Shown here piece by piece: positions 31,319 through 40,668 of a stretch of 64,000 bases of DNA (position 1 is the first letter of the stretch; each line of letters begins with the position of its first letter). The position numbers were made by a program, and so were the translations under genes. The notes under the pieces are model-generated. The model was not told where the DNA came from. It worked only from the letters and a program-made list of their open reading frames with translations, and ran no database searches. Source of the DNA: Candidatus Hermodarchaeum yapensis (lineage in GTDB: Archaea; Asgardarchaeota; Hermodarchaeia; Hermodarchaeales; Hermodarchaeaceae); assembly GCA_016840405.1 (NCBI GenBank), contig JAEOSK010000002.1:32001-96000 (forward strand). The letters are read 5' to 3'.

Positions 31319-31736
31319 AGAAACTAAGCCTGCAGTCTTCGTTCTTGATGGTGGTGTCCTAATCGCACTGGCTACAGGAGAAAAAAGAACAGAAGATTTA
31401 GCTCAGGAAATTGCAGCAGGAAACAGCCTATTTGCTTGTACTGAACTAGCAATGAGTGAACTAGCTTACATTATCTGTAGGAAAGCAGGGTGGGAAACAG
31501 CATCAAAAAAAGTAAAGAGCCTTATTAAATCAGCTACTATCCAAACAATTCCTGCTTCGTCATTGTGGCAACTTTCAGCGCAACTAAAGTGCAAGGCTGC
31601 TATTGCACTTCCTGATTGTTTCACCATTGCTGCAGCCCAGATCCTCAAGGGTGCTGCACTTTTTGTACGAAAAGAAAAGGAATTAAAAAAAGCCATTGAC
31701 CACAGATTAGTACCCAACATCCTACAATTTCTGTAA
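31311..31736 (+). CDS. vapC: PIN-domain toxin
   Basis: VLDGGVLI, SELAY, LPDCFTIAAA. Confidence 0.8.
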   Translation: MAKETKPAVFVLDGGVLIALATGEKRTEDLAQEIAAGNSLFACTELAMSELAYIICRKAGWETASKKVKSLIKSATIQTIPASSLWQLSAQLKCKAAIALPDCFTIAAAQILKGAALFVRKEKELKKAIDHRLVPNILQFL

Positions 31737-31966
31737 TTACAATTCAATGGAACAACGCATGAATGTCAGCTATAATCCTAGTTAATGAAATCTTCAATTG
31801 TGTTTCCACCTTTGACTTTAGTCCATTCTATCCTAATTGTTCTAAATATGATAATATGCTAAAAAATACTGTCTAATGCAGGTGGAGCTATCTTTAGTTA
31901 CATCTATGTCTTCGAACTGTGACATAGTGAAAGTTCTCAACCTGTGCTAATATCTTGATTACTAAT

Positions 31967-32160
31967 GGGGGTCTTTTTATCCCAGAGCTACCACGTGTTG
32001 CCATGGTAGTTACTAACACGTGATAGAGCTTACGAGGCCTAACAACAACGTGTTAGCCCTAAAAGCCTTATACACGGAAAGTCGTAGGAAAGTGTTTCTT
32101 ATCCTTGCAAAACAGTGTAAAAGAAAATTTGAACGCCAGATGTATAAACTTTAAACGTTC
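31967..32160 (+). repeat. Family-B element copy B
   Basis: Closely similar to 34820-34947; shares start and end motifs with copy A. Confidence 0.9.
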
Positions 32161-32182
32161 TGCTAGAATGTTTTACTGTGCC

Positions 32183-32356
32183 ATGACTGAGGCACTGCTT
32201 CTCGAAGAATTCCTTCTCAACCCGAACCGTACAGAGAACACGAGGGAACGTTATAAACGGGTCCTCCGCGAGTTCATCAAGTTTTTTCCTTCTAAGCTAG
32301 TGAAGGAAATTACGGGAAAAGACGTTCTAGAATACCTCTACACCAAGCCTGAAGGG
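32183..32356 (+). pseudogene. Truncated tyrosine recombinase N-terminal (SAM-like) domain
   Basis: EEFL..RTENTRERYKRVLREFIKF...EITGKDVLEYL fits Xer/integrase N-terminus; no catalytic domain follows. Confidence 0.6.
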
Positions 32357-33040
32357 TCCTTTGGCTCCTGGTGGTTACCCTGCTTTGGGTTTTCGTGGTG
32401 TTTGCGATTGTGTGGGGTGCTAGGTCTGCAGTTCCTTGGTTCAGGGTTGTATGGGTGTTGTTCGTGATTTAGCATTGCTTGTCGCGGCATTTTTTATTTT
32501 TGCATATAATCTAATTGATATCGAAGACACAATCTACATCCAGTTCTTCATACTCCCTTTCCTCGCACTCCCTCTAGCTGTATTGCTTCCAGCTTTGCCC
32601 CTTGTCTTTATTTTCTTTGGAAATCAACGACAGCTTCTTGGTAAAATTTAGCAAAATTCTCTATCTTCAGGGTGTGGGTAGTCCTTATTGTGAGGTTGCT
32701 TTGAGCATGCTTTCGACGGTGTGGATGGATTGTTCATGCAGGTGAGCAGCGAGGTTTATTTGAAGGAAAAGCTTGTTCGATGGATTAGTCAATTAATTAA
32801 AAGTTGTGTATTGGGTGGGGAAACACGCCTAAGCGCCGTCCTTGATGTCTCTCTTGGTTTTCTTCTTCCACCACCGGGTTCGGTAAGCAAAGTACCAGAC
32901 TCCCAGCCAAGTGACACCAAAGAACAGCAAATTCCTCGATCGCCTCGAGAAGGCCCGGCAATTCGGGTTCCGACAATGTTTGGATTTGATTAAGGAAAGG
33001 ATTATGGAATGAATTGTTCTACCAGTAATCTTTCTCTTAC

Positions 33041-33877
33041 TCAGCCTGCAGGATTCCAGCTGAGGGCGAAGACACCAGCGAAAACGAGGAAGACGCCGCC
33101 AATCAAGGTGAAGCGGGGAATCATTGTTAACACGCCAGATACGATAAGGACGGCACCCGCCCTTACTCTATCCTTGGAGGTAATGCTATGGTAACCTATA
33201 GCTGGCAAGATCATTCCTATACATAGAGTAAAAATGAACGTTACCATAAAGGAGTCCCAAATCCCCAAGGAAAAAGGCCATTGCAAAGGGTCTGCCAAAC
33301 GGGCTACCACGCTGATGTAAAGCAAGACAAGGGTGAGAATACTGAGGACGATTCCAGCTAGGGCAAGTGCCCGAGCCGTATCATCCCTCCCCATATTAGT
33401 TCCCTTTGTCAGATTACTACTGATAAGGGGAGTTGACGTTGGAGCGGGTGGTGCAGAGGAAGTAGGTAGCTTCACTGGCTTTTCATTTAAAACCCATTTT
33501 AAGATGAGTATGCCAGCGATTAGGATGGAGAAGCCGCCAATGAAAAATAATGTTAGCGCGCCACAAATGATGAAGGTGGCACTATTTACATTTTTATCCT
33601 TGGGTGTAATACTTTGCATTACTAGGTAGGGAAGGATCACTCCGAAGAAGAGGCCACTAACAAGTAATATCAAAACCATCTGTGAACCGTACATCAAAAC
33701 GAGGAAGGAACTTGGCAAAAGCATGACAGCGTAAACGCCGATAAGACCAGGAAAATTAATCACCACTATGTTGATGGTGATTCCAGCCATGACGAAGTTC
33801 CTAGCCATGTCTTCTATGCCCAGACAATTCACCCTCGTTGAGGTCTCCCTTAATAACCATTTAATGAACGTTCCCAA
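33041..33877 (-). CDS. Membrane protein with internal tandem duplication (probable start 33808)
   Basis: Two units AR..AGI..GxILP..SITxKD..IGG..AG. Confidence 0.7.
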   Translation of the reverse strand: MGTFIKWLLRETSTRVNCLGIEDMARNFVMAGITINIVVINFPGLIGVYAVMLLPSSFLVLMYGSQMVLILLVSGLFFGVILPYLVMQSITPKDKNVNSATFIICGALTLFFIGGFSILIAGILILKWVLNEKPVKLPTSSAPPAPTSTPLISSNLTKGTNMGRDDTARALALAGIVLSILTLVLLYISVVARLADPLQWPFSLGIWDSFMVTFIFTLCIGMILPAIGYHSITSKDRVRAGAVLIVSGVLTMIPRFTLIGGVFLVFAGVFALSWNPAG

Positions 33878-34122
33878 GGAGTTCTCATCGAATGGCCTTA
33901 TTTAAATCCTTATTAAGCCAACCGGAAAGTTATGAAGGTTGTATGACTAGCTGATATGCATCATACAAGTCAAGGATACCCCAACCACGATGCACGTTAA
34001 ATGATACAGAATCATAGTGGTTGAGTGTTGGAAGGCTGCCTGGTGTCGTCATCTCTGAGAATTGTTCTAGAATTAGCTAAACTGGCTGCATCGAAATCTG
34101 CTACAAATACCGTTATTCCATG

Positions 34123-34608
34123 CTAAGAGCTGTCGACGATACGTGTCTCCATATCCACGATTTCTTCAGGTTGCTTTGACAGCGAAGGCATAACCTGGGT
34201 TTTACCCTGAACCCACCAATCCAACGTTACCATACTTGCCAGCACTACACCGGTTAGGGTGGCACCCCGAGCTGCTTCGGCTGCTTGAGCGGGATCAAGG
34301 TGAGAAAACAACAACATAGGATTCCAATTAAGGAAGAGCAGCAGCGGAGTCAAAAAAATCAGCCAAAATGACAGACCAAACAACCAACACCATTTGACCC
34401 GACGGTACGCACACACTTTACAGGCAACACCGTTGAAACGGAAGAATCCAATTGTCCTATACCACGTTGGTTTGATTCGCACAAGGCATTTTTCGCAAAA
34501 TAGGTGCCCGCATAAGGCACACCGATCATAGGCCAACTCTTCGGAATGAAGGGAACATTGACTACCCTTGGGAAATGCCTCTACATGGATTTGGCTTTCA
34601 CGGAACAA
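34123..34608 (-). CDS. B-box-like zinc-finger membrane protein
   Basis: CSLH..RCALCGHLFCEKC..CKVC then two TM. Confidence 0.6.
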   Translation of the reverse strand: MFRESQIHVEAFPKGSQCSLHSEELAYDRCALCGHLFCEKCLVRIKPTWYRTIGFFRFNGVACKVCAYRRVKWCWLFGLSFWLIFLTPLLLFLNWNPMLLFSHLDPAQAAEAARGATLTGVVLASMVTLDWWVQGKTQVMPSLSKQPEEIVDMETRIVDSS

Positions 34609-34811
34609 AAACGCAGCCGTTATGCTTCAATCCTATCTTGATAGACTTTAAAATAATAAGACCAGATTATCCAAAGGCGCCCCTTTTCTTCGTAAAGAGT
34701 AATCTCTTCAGTTTCCATGACTATCCCTCAATGAAATTTACCACAATCGACCATAAAAACCTTGATATGGGACTTCCTAGGTTTGAACGGATGTTTATCA
34801 TTTGTTTGTGG

Positions 34812-34952
34812 GGAAAAAGAGGGTCTTTTTATTCCAGTTACCACGTGTTAGGTGGTAGTGACTAACACTTGATAGGGCTTGCGACGCCTTACAACTACGT
34901 GTTAGCCCTGAAAGTCTTATTCACGGAAAGTCGTAGGAAGGTGTTTCCAAAC
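34812..34952 (+). repeat. Family-B element copy C
   Basis: Matches copy B and the 5' and 3' parts of copy A. Confidence 0.9.
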
Positions 34953-35114
34953 ATCCTCAAAGGCATAATAGGTACCTAGCTGCTTTGTTGAAGTATTCTG
35001 CCTGCTAGGTTCAAGGGCTGATCGCGGTTTCATTTCTGGAGATTTTTAACTCGAGCAATTCAATTTTAGACTTTGGAATAATTATCCTATAAAACGATAT
35101 AACAATATTTTAAT

Positions 35115-36017
35115 ATGAGAACATCATCTCATATATTGAGAATCAGAATAGGCTTGGAGTTGAGTTTATTGAGTAATAAGATATCGGTTTTGTGGAATCG
35201 GATTCCCATTATTATTCAAGCATTAATTTTGATGTTATCTGTTACCATGATTGGAACCTTATCATGGTCGCTATTATTAATCCTTACACCATTTCCTTGG
35301 ACTATCCTCATCATGGGTGGCATATTATTTGGCTTTGTTCTCTTTTTTAGTGGTCGTTGGGGTCATAAAGCTACACAGGAGTTTAGATGGACCAATTTTC
35401 GATTAGTCAAGCTGCCATCAAGTGTTTGGCTTTGGAGTATTGTAGCCATAATACTCTTCGTAGTCATTTCGCAAGCAATGCTTGTAGTAACTTTCAGGCT
35501 TATCCCATTTCCTTCTGAGTTATTCACCATCTATAATCTCGAAGGAGTGCCAGTTTGGGTGGCTTGGCCATTTGTGTTCATGGCCGCAATGGTTGCAGGG
35601 ATCTGTGAAGAAATTGGTTTTCGAGGATATGGACAGGTTCCCCTTGAAAAACGGTACGATCAAAAGTTAGCAATCGCATTTGTTTCAATTACATTCATAA
35701 TCTTCCATCTTAACCAAGCATGGTTACCTCCGATTTTTATTCACGGTCTAATACTAAGTGTGTTCTTGGGTTATCTTGCCTATCTATCTGGCTCATTAAT
35801 TCCCGTAATGATCGCCCATACCAGTATGGATGTCTTTCTATTCTCGTATTGGTGGAGTGACCTTCTTGGAACATTTATTGAGCTACCAATTTACATTACA
35901 GGAATTGATATCAGCTTCATATTCTGGACATCAATCCTGATAATATCAACGATATTATTTCTTTGGACAATGCAAAAGCTCAATGTCATTCGCCAACAGA
36001 AGCGCCAAAAACGGTAA
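35115..36017 (+). CDS. CPBP/CAAX (Abi) intramembrane metalloprotease
   Basis: EEIGFRG, FIIFH, IAH..D. Confidence 0.88.
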   Translation: MRTSSHILRIRIGLELSLLSNKISVLWNRIPIIIQALILMLSVTMIGTLSWSLLLILTPFPWTILIMGGILFGFVLFFSGRWGHKATQEFRWTNFRLVKLPSSVWLWSIVAIILFVVISQAMLVVTFRLIPFPSELFTIYNLEGVPVWVAWPFVFMAAMVAGICEEIGFRGYGQVPLEKRYDQKLAIAFVSITFIIFHLNQAWLPPIFIHGLILSVFLGYLAYLSGSLIPVMIAHTSMDVFLFSYWWSDLLGTFIELPIYITGIDISFIFWTSILIISTILFLWTMQKLNVIRQQKRQKR

Positions 36018-36075
36018 TTTTTAGTGTTTCTAACACGTGTTAGCTTTTCCTTCAAGGTGTTAGTATGAGTGGTTC
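36007..36075 (+). repeat. Family-B element fragment D
   Basis: Close match to 30806-30873 including CTAACACGTGTTAG; contains the CAAX gene stop codon. Confidence 0.85.
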
Positions 36076-36159
36076 TTAATGAAATAAAACTAGAGGCTGG
36101 ACTGTTGAATGGCCCATACGTGAAAAGTAATTTAAATTTCTAACAAGAAATGCTATTTC

Positions 36160-36366
36160 ATGTCAAACAATATTCCTATGGAGAAAGCTATTGAATTATG
36201 CAAAGAGTACCGGGAGAAGCATAAGGTTCGTATGTTCAGCCAATGTTGGGGCTGCCTGAAATATTCAAAAGAAGAACCCACTAAAATGTGCTTTTACGAT
36301 GAAAACAATCCTATAGAAAATCGTGGATGTAAATTTGTCAACAAACTGTTTGACAAATCAGAGTGA
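36160..36366 (+). CDS. Small Cys-containing hypothetical protein
   Basis: QCWGC..C..RGCKFVN. Confidence 0.6.
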   Translation: MSNNIPMEKAIELCKEYREKHKVRMFSQCWGCLKYSKEEPTKMCFYDENNPIENRGCKFVNKLFDKSE

Positions 36367-36421
36367 AGTGCACCCAGGTTTTATGGATTGGCAGACTTCA
36401 GAATCATAATATTGAAGTCAA

Positions 36422-36688
36422 TTACACTTCAGTTGGTTTTTCTTTTTCCCGTGGACCAAAACTGAAATCCATTGTTGCAAAGAAGCCAACGATAATTACA
36501 CTTACGATAGCCAGTGAAACAAGGAAAATTGCCCAATTCTTGTATGGTCCTAAGATATACACGTCTGCCACGAACCACAGATATAGGATAAGAAAGATAA
36601 ACCAAATGATACAAACAGCAAAAGTACCGAATATTCGTTTTTTCAACCCTGCAAAAATGCCTCCCATCTGTGGTCTTTCGCTAGCCAT
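36422..36688 (-). CDS. Small 2-TM hypothetical protein
   Basis: ORF track. Confidence 0.6.
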   Translation of the reverse strand: MASERPQMGGIFAGLKKRIFGTFAVCIIWFIFLILYLWFVADVYILGPYKNWAIFLVSLAIVSVIIVGFFATMDFSFGPREKEKPTEV

Positions 36689-36901
36689 TTAAAATCAATC
36701 CCAATAGTTTAAGCTCGCTTGATGTTTTCTTTAAAACTAACGTGAAAAGATATGGATTCAGGTAGTAACCTCTTGTGTTTCGGTATCCTTTTGATGTACT
36801 CAGGCTACCAAATCTAGGGTAGTTCTAGCGAAAATTATCTATGAGGTTGGAGAAAATCTCACTTGATACTTCTCCTGAACTGGATAAGTAATAAAACACT
36901 A

Positions 36902-37918
36902 CTATTTTCGGGCGATGTCGAGGTCCATTGGTCCCAGAAGCGTATCCATATTTCGTGAGTGGACGGATTTGAATCCAGCTCTCTTCATAGAATCTGCAAC
37001 GTATCCTCTTTCAATTCCGGCTTCATGTCCCATTAAAGCCATTGATAATAGTCCTAAGATGACCGGTTCAGGTTTTGTTCGCTCGTGGGTGTGGGCAAAA
37101 GGATAAAGAGAAACGAAGACACCGCCTGGATTAAGGCTCTCATAGACTTTTTTCACAATATAGTCAATGTCAAATGCAAATTGGAGTACACCTGACGCCC
37201 AGACCAGATCGTATCCTTCACCTATTGAATCCTGGTTGAAGTCTCCAACAAGGATCTCCATCCGGTCCTCCATTCCATATTCCCTAATGTACGCCTTGGC
37301 TTTCCGAGCGACTGGTGGCAGATCAAAGTTTATTGCCTTCATATTAGGGTGTTCAGCAACTATTGCCATCCCAATAAGCCCGGGACCGCCACCCAGATCC
37401 AACATCTTCTGGAATGACGGGAACTCCGGTAGTTCCAACACGATCTTCACTGCTTCCTGAGTGTAGCCCGCTCGTTCCGCGTCAGCCATCATGACGACTC
37501 CTTGAGCCACCGCCTCTTCAGAGAATGGCGGCGTTTCCGGTTGCGGTAGAGGACCTTCTTTAACCAGTTTGGTGAGATTTTCAAATACCTGCGCGTCGGG
37601 CTGCAAAAAGGGTAGAATCCGACCCAAATATGTTGGACCGCCTTCAATTAGAAAGGTTTGAGCTATAGACGAGTTTTTGTAAAGTCCCTTCGTTTTTTCT
37701 AAAAGGTCAATTGCTGCCAATCCGTCGAGGAACAGTCTCGTGTTCGTCGGATCAGTGTTCAGAGTCTTAGCCACAGCATCAGCTGATTTTGGTTTGGAAA
37801 GCTCGTTGAACACCTTGAGTTCAATGCTCGTCAACAACAACTTCAACTTGATTGGTGCAATGAGAATCTCGTAGAGGTCTCCATAACCAAGCTTAACTTC
37901 AGGTAGTATTTTCTCCAT
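36902..37918 (-). CDS. O-methyltransferase type 2 with dimerisation domain
   Basis: IELKVF, LDLGGGPG, FDLP, GDF. Confidence 0.88.
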   Translation of the reverse strand: MEKILPEVKLGYGDLYEILIAPIKLKLLLTSIELKVFNELSKPKSADAVAKTLNTDPTNTRLFLDGLAAIDLLEKTKGLYKNSSIAQTFLIEGGPTYLGRILPFLQPDAQVFENLTKLVKEGPLPQPETPPFSEEAVAQGVVMMADAERAGYTQEAVKIVLELPEFPSFQKMLDLGGGPGLIGMAIVAEHPNMKAINFDLPPVARKAKAYIREYGMEDRMEILVGDFNQDSIGEGYDLVWASGVLQFAFDIDYIVKKVYESLNPGGVFVSLYPFAHTHERTKPEPVILGLLSMALMGHEAGIERGYVADSMKRAGFKSVHSRNMDTLLGPMDLDIARK

Positions 37919-38023
37919 ACTACATCCCTTCCCTTGCAAAGGTGTTCAGTGATATGTAATAATAATAATCTTCTCTTTTTTTTACTCAATCAATTTGTAT
38001 TCCGACGATTGAAGTATCATATG

Positions 38024-38881
38024 TCAGGGGAGAAAGGGATTTCTTAGAGGAAACATGACAAAATAGGGATACAAGCCGACCCACGAGAGGATAAGAATGG
38101 TGATGAGGGCGCATAGGGGAATCAAAAAATAATCCGTGTGCCGTGGGCTCAATGCCTCGACAATCGTAGTTACGCTCGAAACAACAAAGATTGGGGTTAT
38201 AAGCGTGAAGATGCTGAAAGACTCAAAGATATGCCCGAGGATGAGCCAGTAAATCCCTAGTAGAATGAAGGTAAATAGTAGACTGAATAAAAACATGATG
38301 AGGCTGCCTTCAAGGCTCTTTTCAGTAACCACATTGAATTTGTGTCTACCATACCTGCGACCGATCAGGTTGGCAAAGCCATTGCCACCAGCCAATGGTC
38401 CCATGATGAGGAAAGCAGTTGGGATGAACATATCGAACTGTGGAGTACCCATGATGTCGAGAGGAACATACCAGAGATACAAGGCTGCGAAAATCATGAA
38501 GAGGATGTAGAGCAGGGGTCCTTTGAGGAGTCCCACTGAATCCCCTTCACGGGATAGGGTACGAACGAATCCTTCATTTTGTGCATAACCTAACGTAGTG
38601 GTAATGAAAAGGAGTAGAAAGAGGGTGGGTACAGCTGCTGCCATGTATCGGCTTAAGTACGTGCTTGCAAAGAATAGACAGCAGATTAGGAAGGTGGGGC
38701 CTGCAAAGATGTAGAAGACTTTTTGGGATACATGAAGAGGGATGGATCCTCGTTGATGGAGCATATCAATGATGCGGATTAGGACGAGGAGGAGAACAAA
38801 GGTTACGAGTGCGATGATAAAATCCCAAGTCCAATCCGGGATGCTATATACAGCGAGGGGATTAACCATATGCACAACCAA
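38024..38881 (-). CDS. Phytol/dolichol kinase-like membrane protein (divergent)
   Basis: GPLLY, GRRYG, KSLEGS. Confidence 0.75.
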   Translation of the reverse strand: MVVHMVNPLAVYSIPDWTWDFIIALVTFVLLLVLIRIIDMLHQRGSIPLHVSQKVFYIFAGPTFLICCLFFASTYLSRYMAAAVPTLFLLLFITTTLGYAQNEGFVRTLSREGDSVGLLKGPLLYILFMIFAALYLWYVPLDIMGTPQFDMFIPTAFLIMGPLAGGNGFANLIGRRYGRHKFNVVTEKSLEGSLIMFLFSLLFTFILLGIYWLILGHIFESFSIFTLITPIFVVSSVTTIVEALSPRHTDYFLIPLCALITILILSWVGLYPYFVMFPLRNPFLP

Positions 38882-38993
38882 ACATGACGCTAAACAACTT
38901 AGTAATGAAGCTTACGATTAATGCAAATCAGATATTATCGAGTTTGCATCTCGACAGACACTGTTTTAGCTTCTAGGTGAACGAAGGAAATAC

Positions 38994-39497
38994 ATGAGCG
39001 AATCTATCATAATTCGGAGATATCAAGATAATGACCTGGTAGCCTGTCGGGATCTTTGGAGGGAATTGACAGAATGGCATCGTGAAATCTATGAAGACTC
39101 AACAATCGGCGGCGATCAACCTGAATTATATTTTGATAAACACTTAGCCACGGTTGGAACAAACTGCCTATGGGTTGCTGAACACCAATCCCAGGTCATT
39201 GGCCTTGTGGGGCTCGAAACACGAGATGAAGAGCTATTCATCGAACCGTTAGTAGTCGCATCGGATCATCGGGGAAAAGGCGTTGGTTCCCAATTACTAG
39301 AGAAGGCAAAACTCGAAGCCAAACAACAGGGTGCAAAAAGCCTTAGCGTGAGACCCGTGACGCGAAACCAACGGGTTATCCAATTCTTGTTCAAGCAGGG
39401 TTTTCAGACTCTCGGGCATATCCAGCTATTCATCGACTTTACACAATCTGAATGGAAAACAGGACCCAAATTGTATGGTTGTAATTTTAAGTTTTGA
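38994..39497 (+). CDS. GNAT acetyltransferase
   Basis: HRGKGVGSQLL. Confidence 0.85.
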   Translation: MSESIIIRRYQDNDLVACRDLWRELTEWHREIYEDSTIGGDQPELYFDKHLATVGTNCLWVAEHQSQVIGLVGLETRDEELFIEPLVVASDHRGKGVGSQLLEKAKLEAKQQGAKSLSVRPVTRNQRVIQFLFKQGFQTLGHIQLFIDFTQSEWKTGPKLYGCNFKF

Positions 39498-39527
39498 CAT
39501 CATCATAGTGGGTAGGAGTAATAGATC

Positions 39528-39845
39528 ATGATTAGTCGAATTTGGCATGGGTGGACAACGCTTGAGAAAGCCGACTCCTATGAGGTGCTTCTTAAGAATG
39601 AAATTTTCATAGGTATTCAAGAGCGTCAGATACATGGCTACCGGGGAATTCAACTCTTACGTCGAACTCACAAAACTGAGGTGGAATTCATTACCATCAT
39701 GTGGTTCGATTCCCTTGATTCAGTGCGAACTTTTGCCGGTGAAGACTATGAAACTGCTGTAGTTCCTCCCAAAGCTAGAGAACTGCTTTCCCGATTTGAT
39801 GCCCGTTCACAGCACTATGAAGTTAGAGCAGAATCAATGCTCTAA
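39528..39845 (+). CDS. ABM-fold (antibiotic biosynthesis monooxygenase-like) protein
   Basis: MISRIWHGWT..EFITIMWFDS..FAGEDYE. Confidence 0.8.
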   Translation: MISRIWHGWTTLEKADSYEVLLKNEIFIGIQERQIHGYRGIQLLRRTHKTEVEFITIMWFDSLDSVRTFAGEDYETAVVPPKARELLSRFDARSQHYEVRAESML

Positions 39846-40085
39846 CATCTGAAAACCTTCTATGCACTCTCAGCTTGGCTGATACTTTGTGCCTGAATTG
39901 TTTTTTCAACGTGAATTGTTGATTATTGGCATCATAGTCTTTTAGGAGAAGGCCGGACCCGTCGCTCGTCAACTGAGTGTAGATATACAGCGGCCTCAAG
40001 CTTTGAGAATGTTGAATAATTGTTCAATGAAATTCAGAAGATGGATGCACCTCGTTCTAATCATGAGCAATAATCTGAGTGGTTA

Positions 40086-40514
40086 ATGGCAATTCTTTTG
40101 GCTTACCGGTTCCTTGTTATCTCTCGTGATATTATGTCGGGTGACCCAAAAGACCATGTGGTAGATAACCTCATGGGCTGTGCGGCGTCCTTGTGTGCCT
40201 ATAATATGGTCACGGATTTGAATAGGAAACTAGCGTTATTACAGCAAATCAATAAGGAATATGGTGCTCTGACCAACAAGCTCGAATCTGATAACATTAC
40301 GATGACTGATTTGGATATTGCTGCTCCCGTTGCGAAGGAAAAAGTCTCTACTGAAATCCAGCGACGGGAGGCTTTTGGTTTGGATACAGAAGCTGCTGAA
40401 CGGTTGCAAAAAATGTGTCCGTCGAAAGTGGATCAAATCATCAATTTCTTAAAAGAAAAACGCATGCTAGAAATCATCACATCTTTCTCCTTCAAGGAAC
40501 CACCTAAAGAATAA
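40086..40514 (+). CDS. Hypothetical protein
   Basis: ORF track. Confidence 0.5.
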   Translation: MAILLAYRFLVISRDIMSGDPKDHVVDNLMGCAASLCAYNMVTDLNRKLALLQQINKEYGALTNKLESDNITMTDLDIAAPVAKEKVSTEIQRREAFGLDTEAAERLQKMCPSKVDQIINFLKEKRMLEIITSFSFKEPPKE

Positions 40515-40668
40515 CAAGACGCCTACTAGCCATTGGTTGTATCCATTTGATTCTCACAGCAATTGCTAGTCATGAATTTAAGTAAAGTTAAGTCACATAG
40601 AACCAGCAGACAATCAACGGAGAAATGACACCGTAAAACGTTGACTTCCACGAGCTTGTGGTGGTGTT

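Noticed and set aside
28156-36075. Canonical integron call
   Set aside because: No full IntI, hairpins shorter than typical attC, cargo on both strands
36818-36840. Possible inverted family-B end (GGTAGTTCT)
   Set aside because: Only 9 bp of clear match
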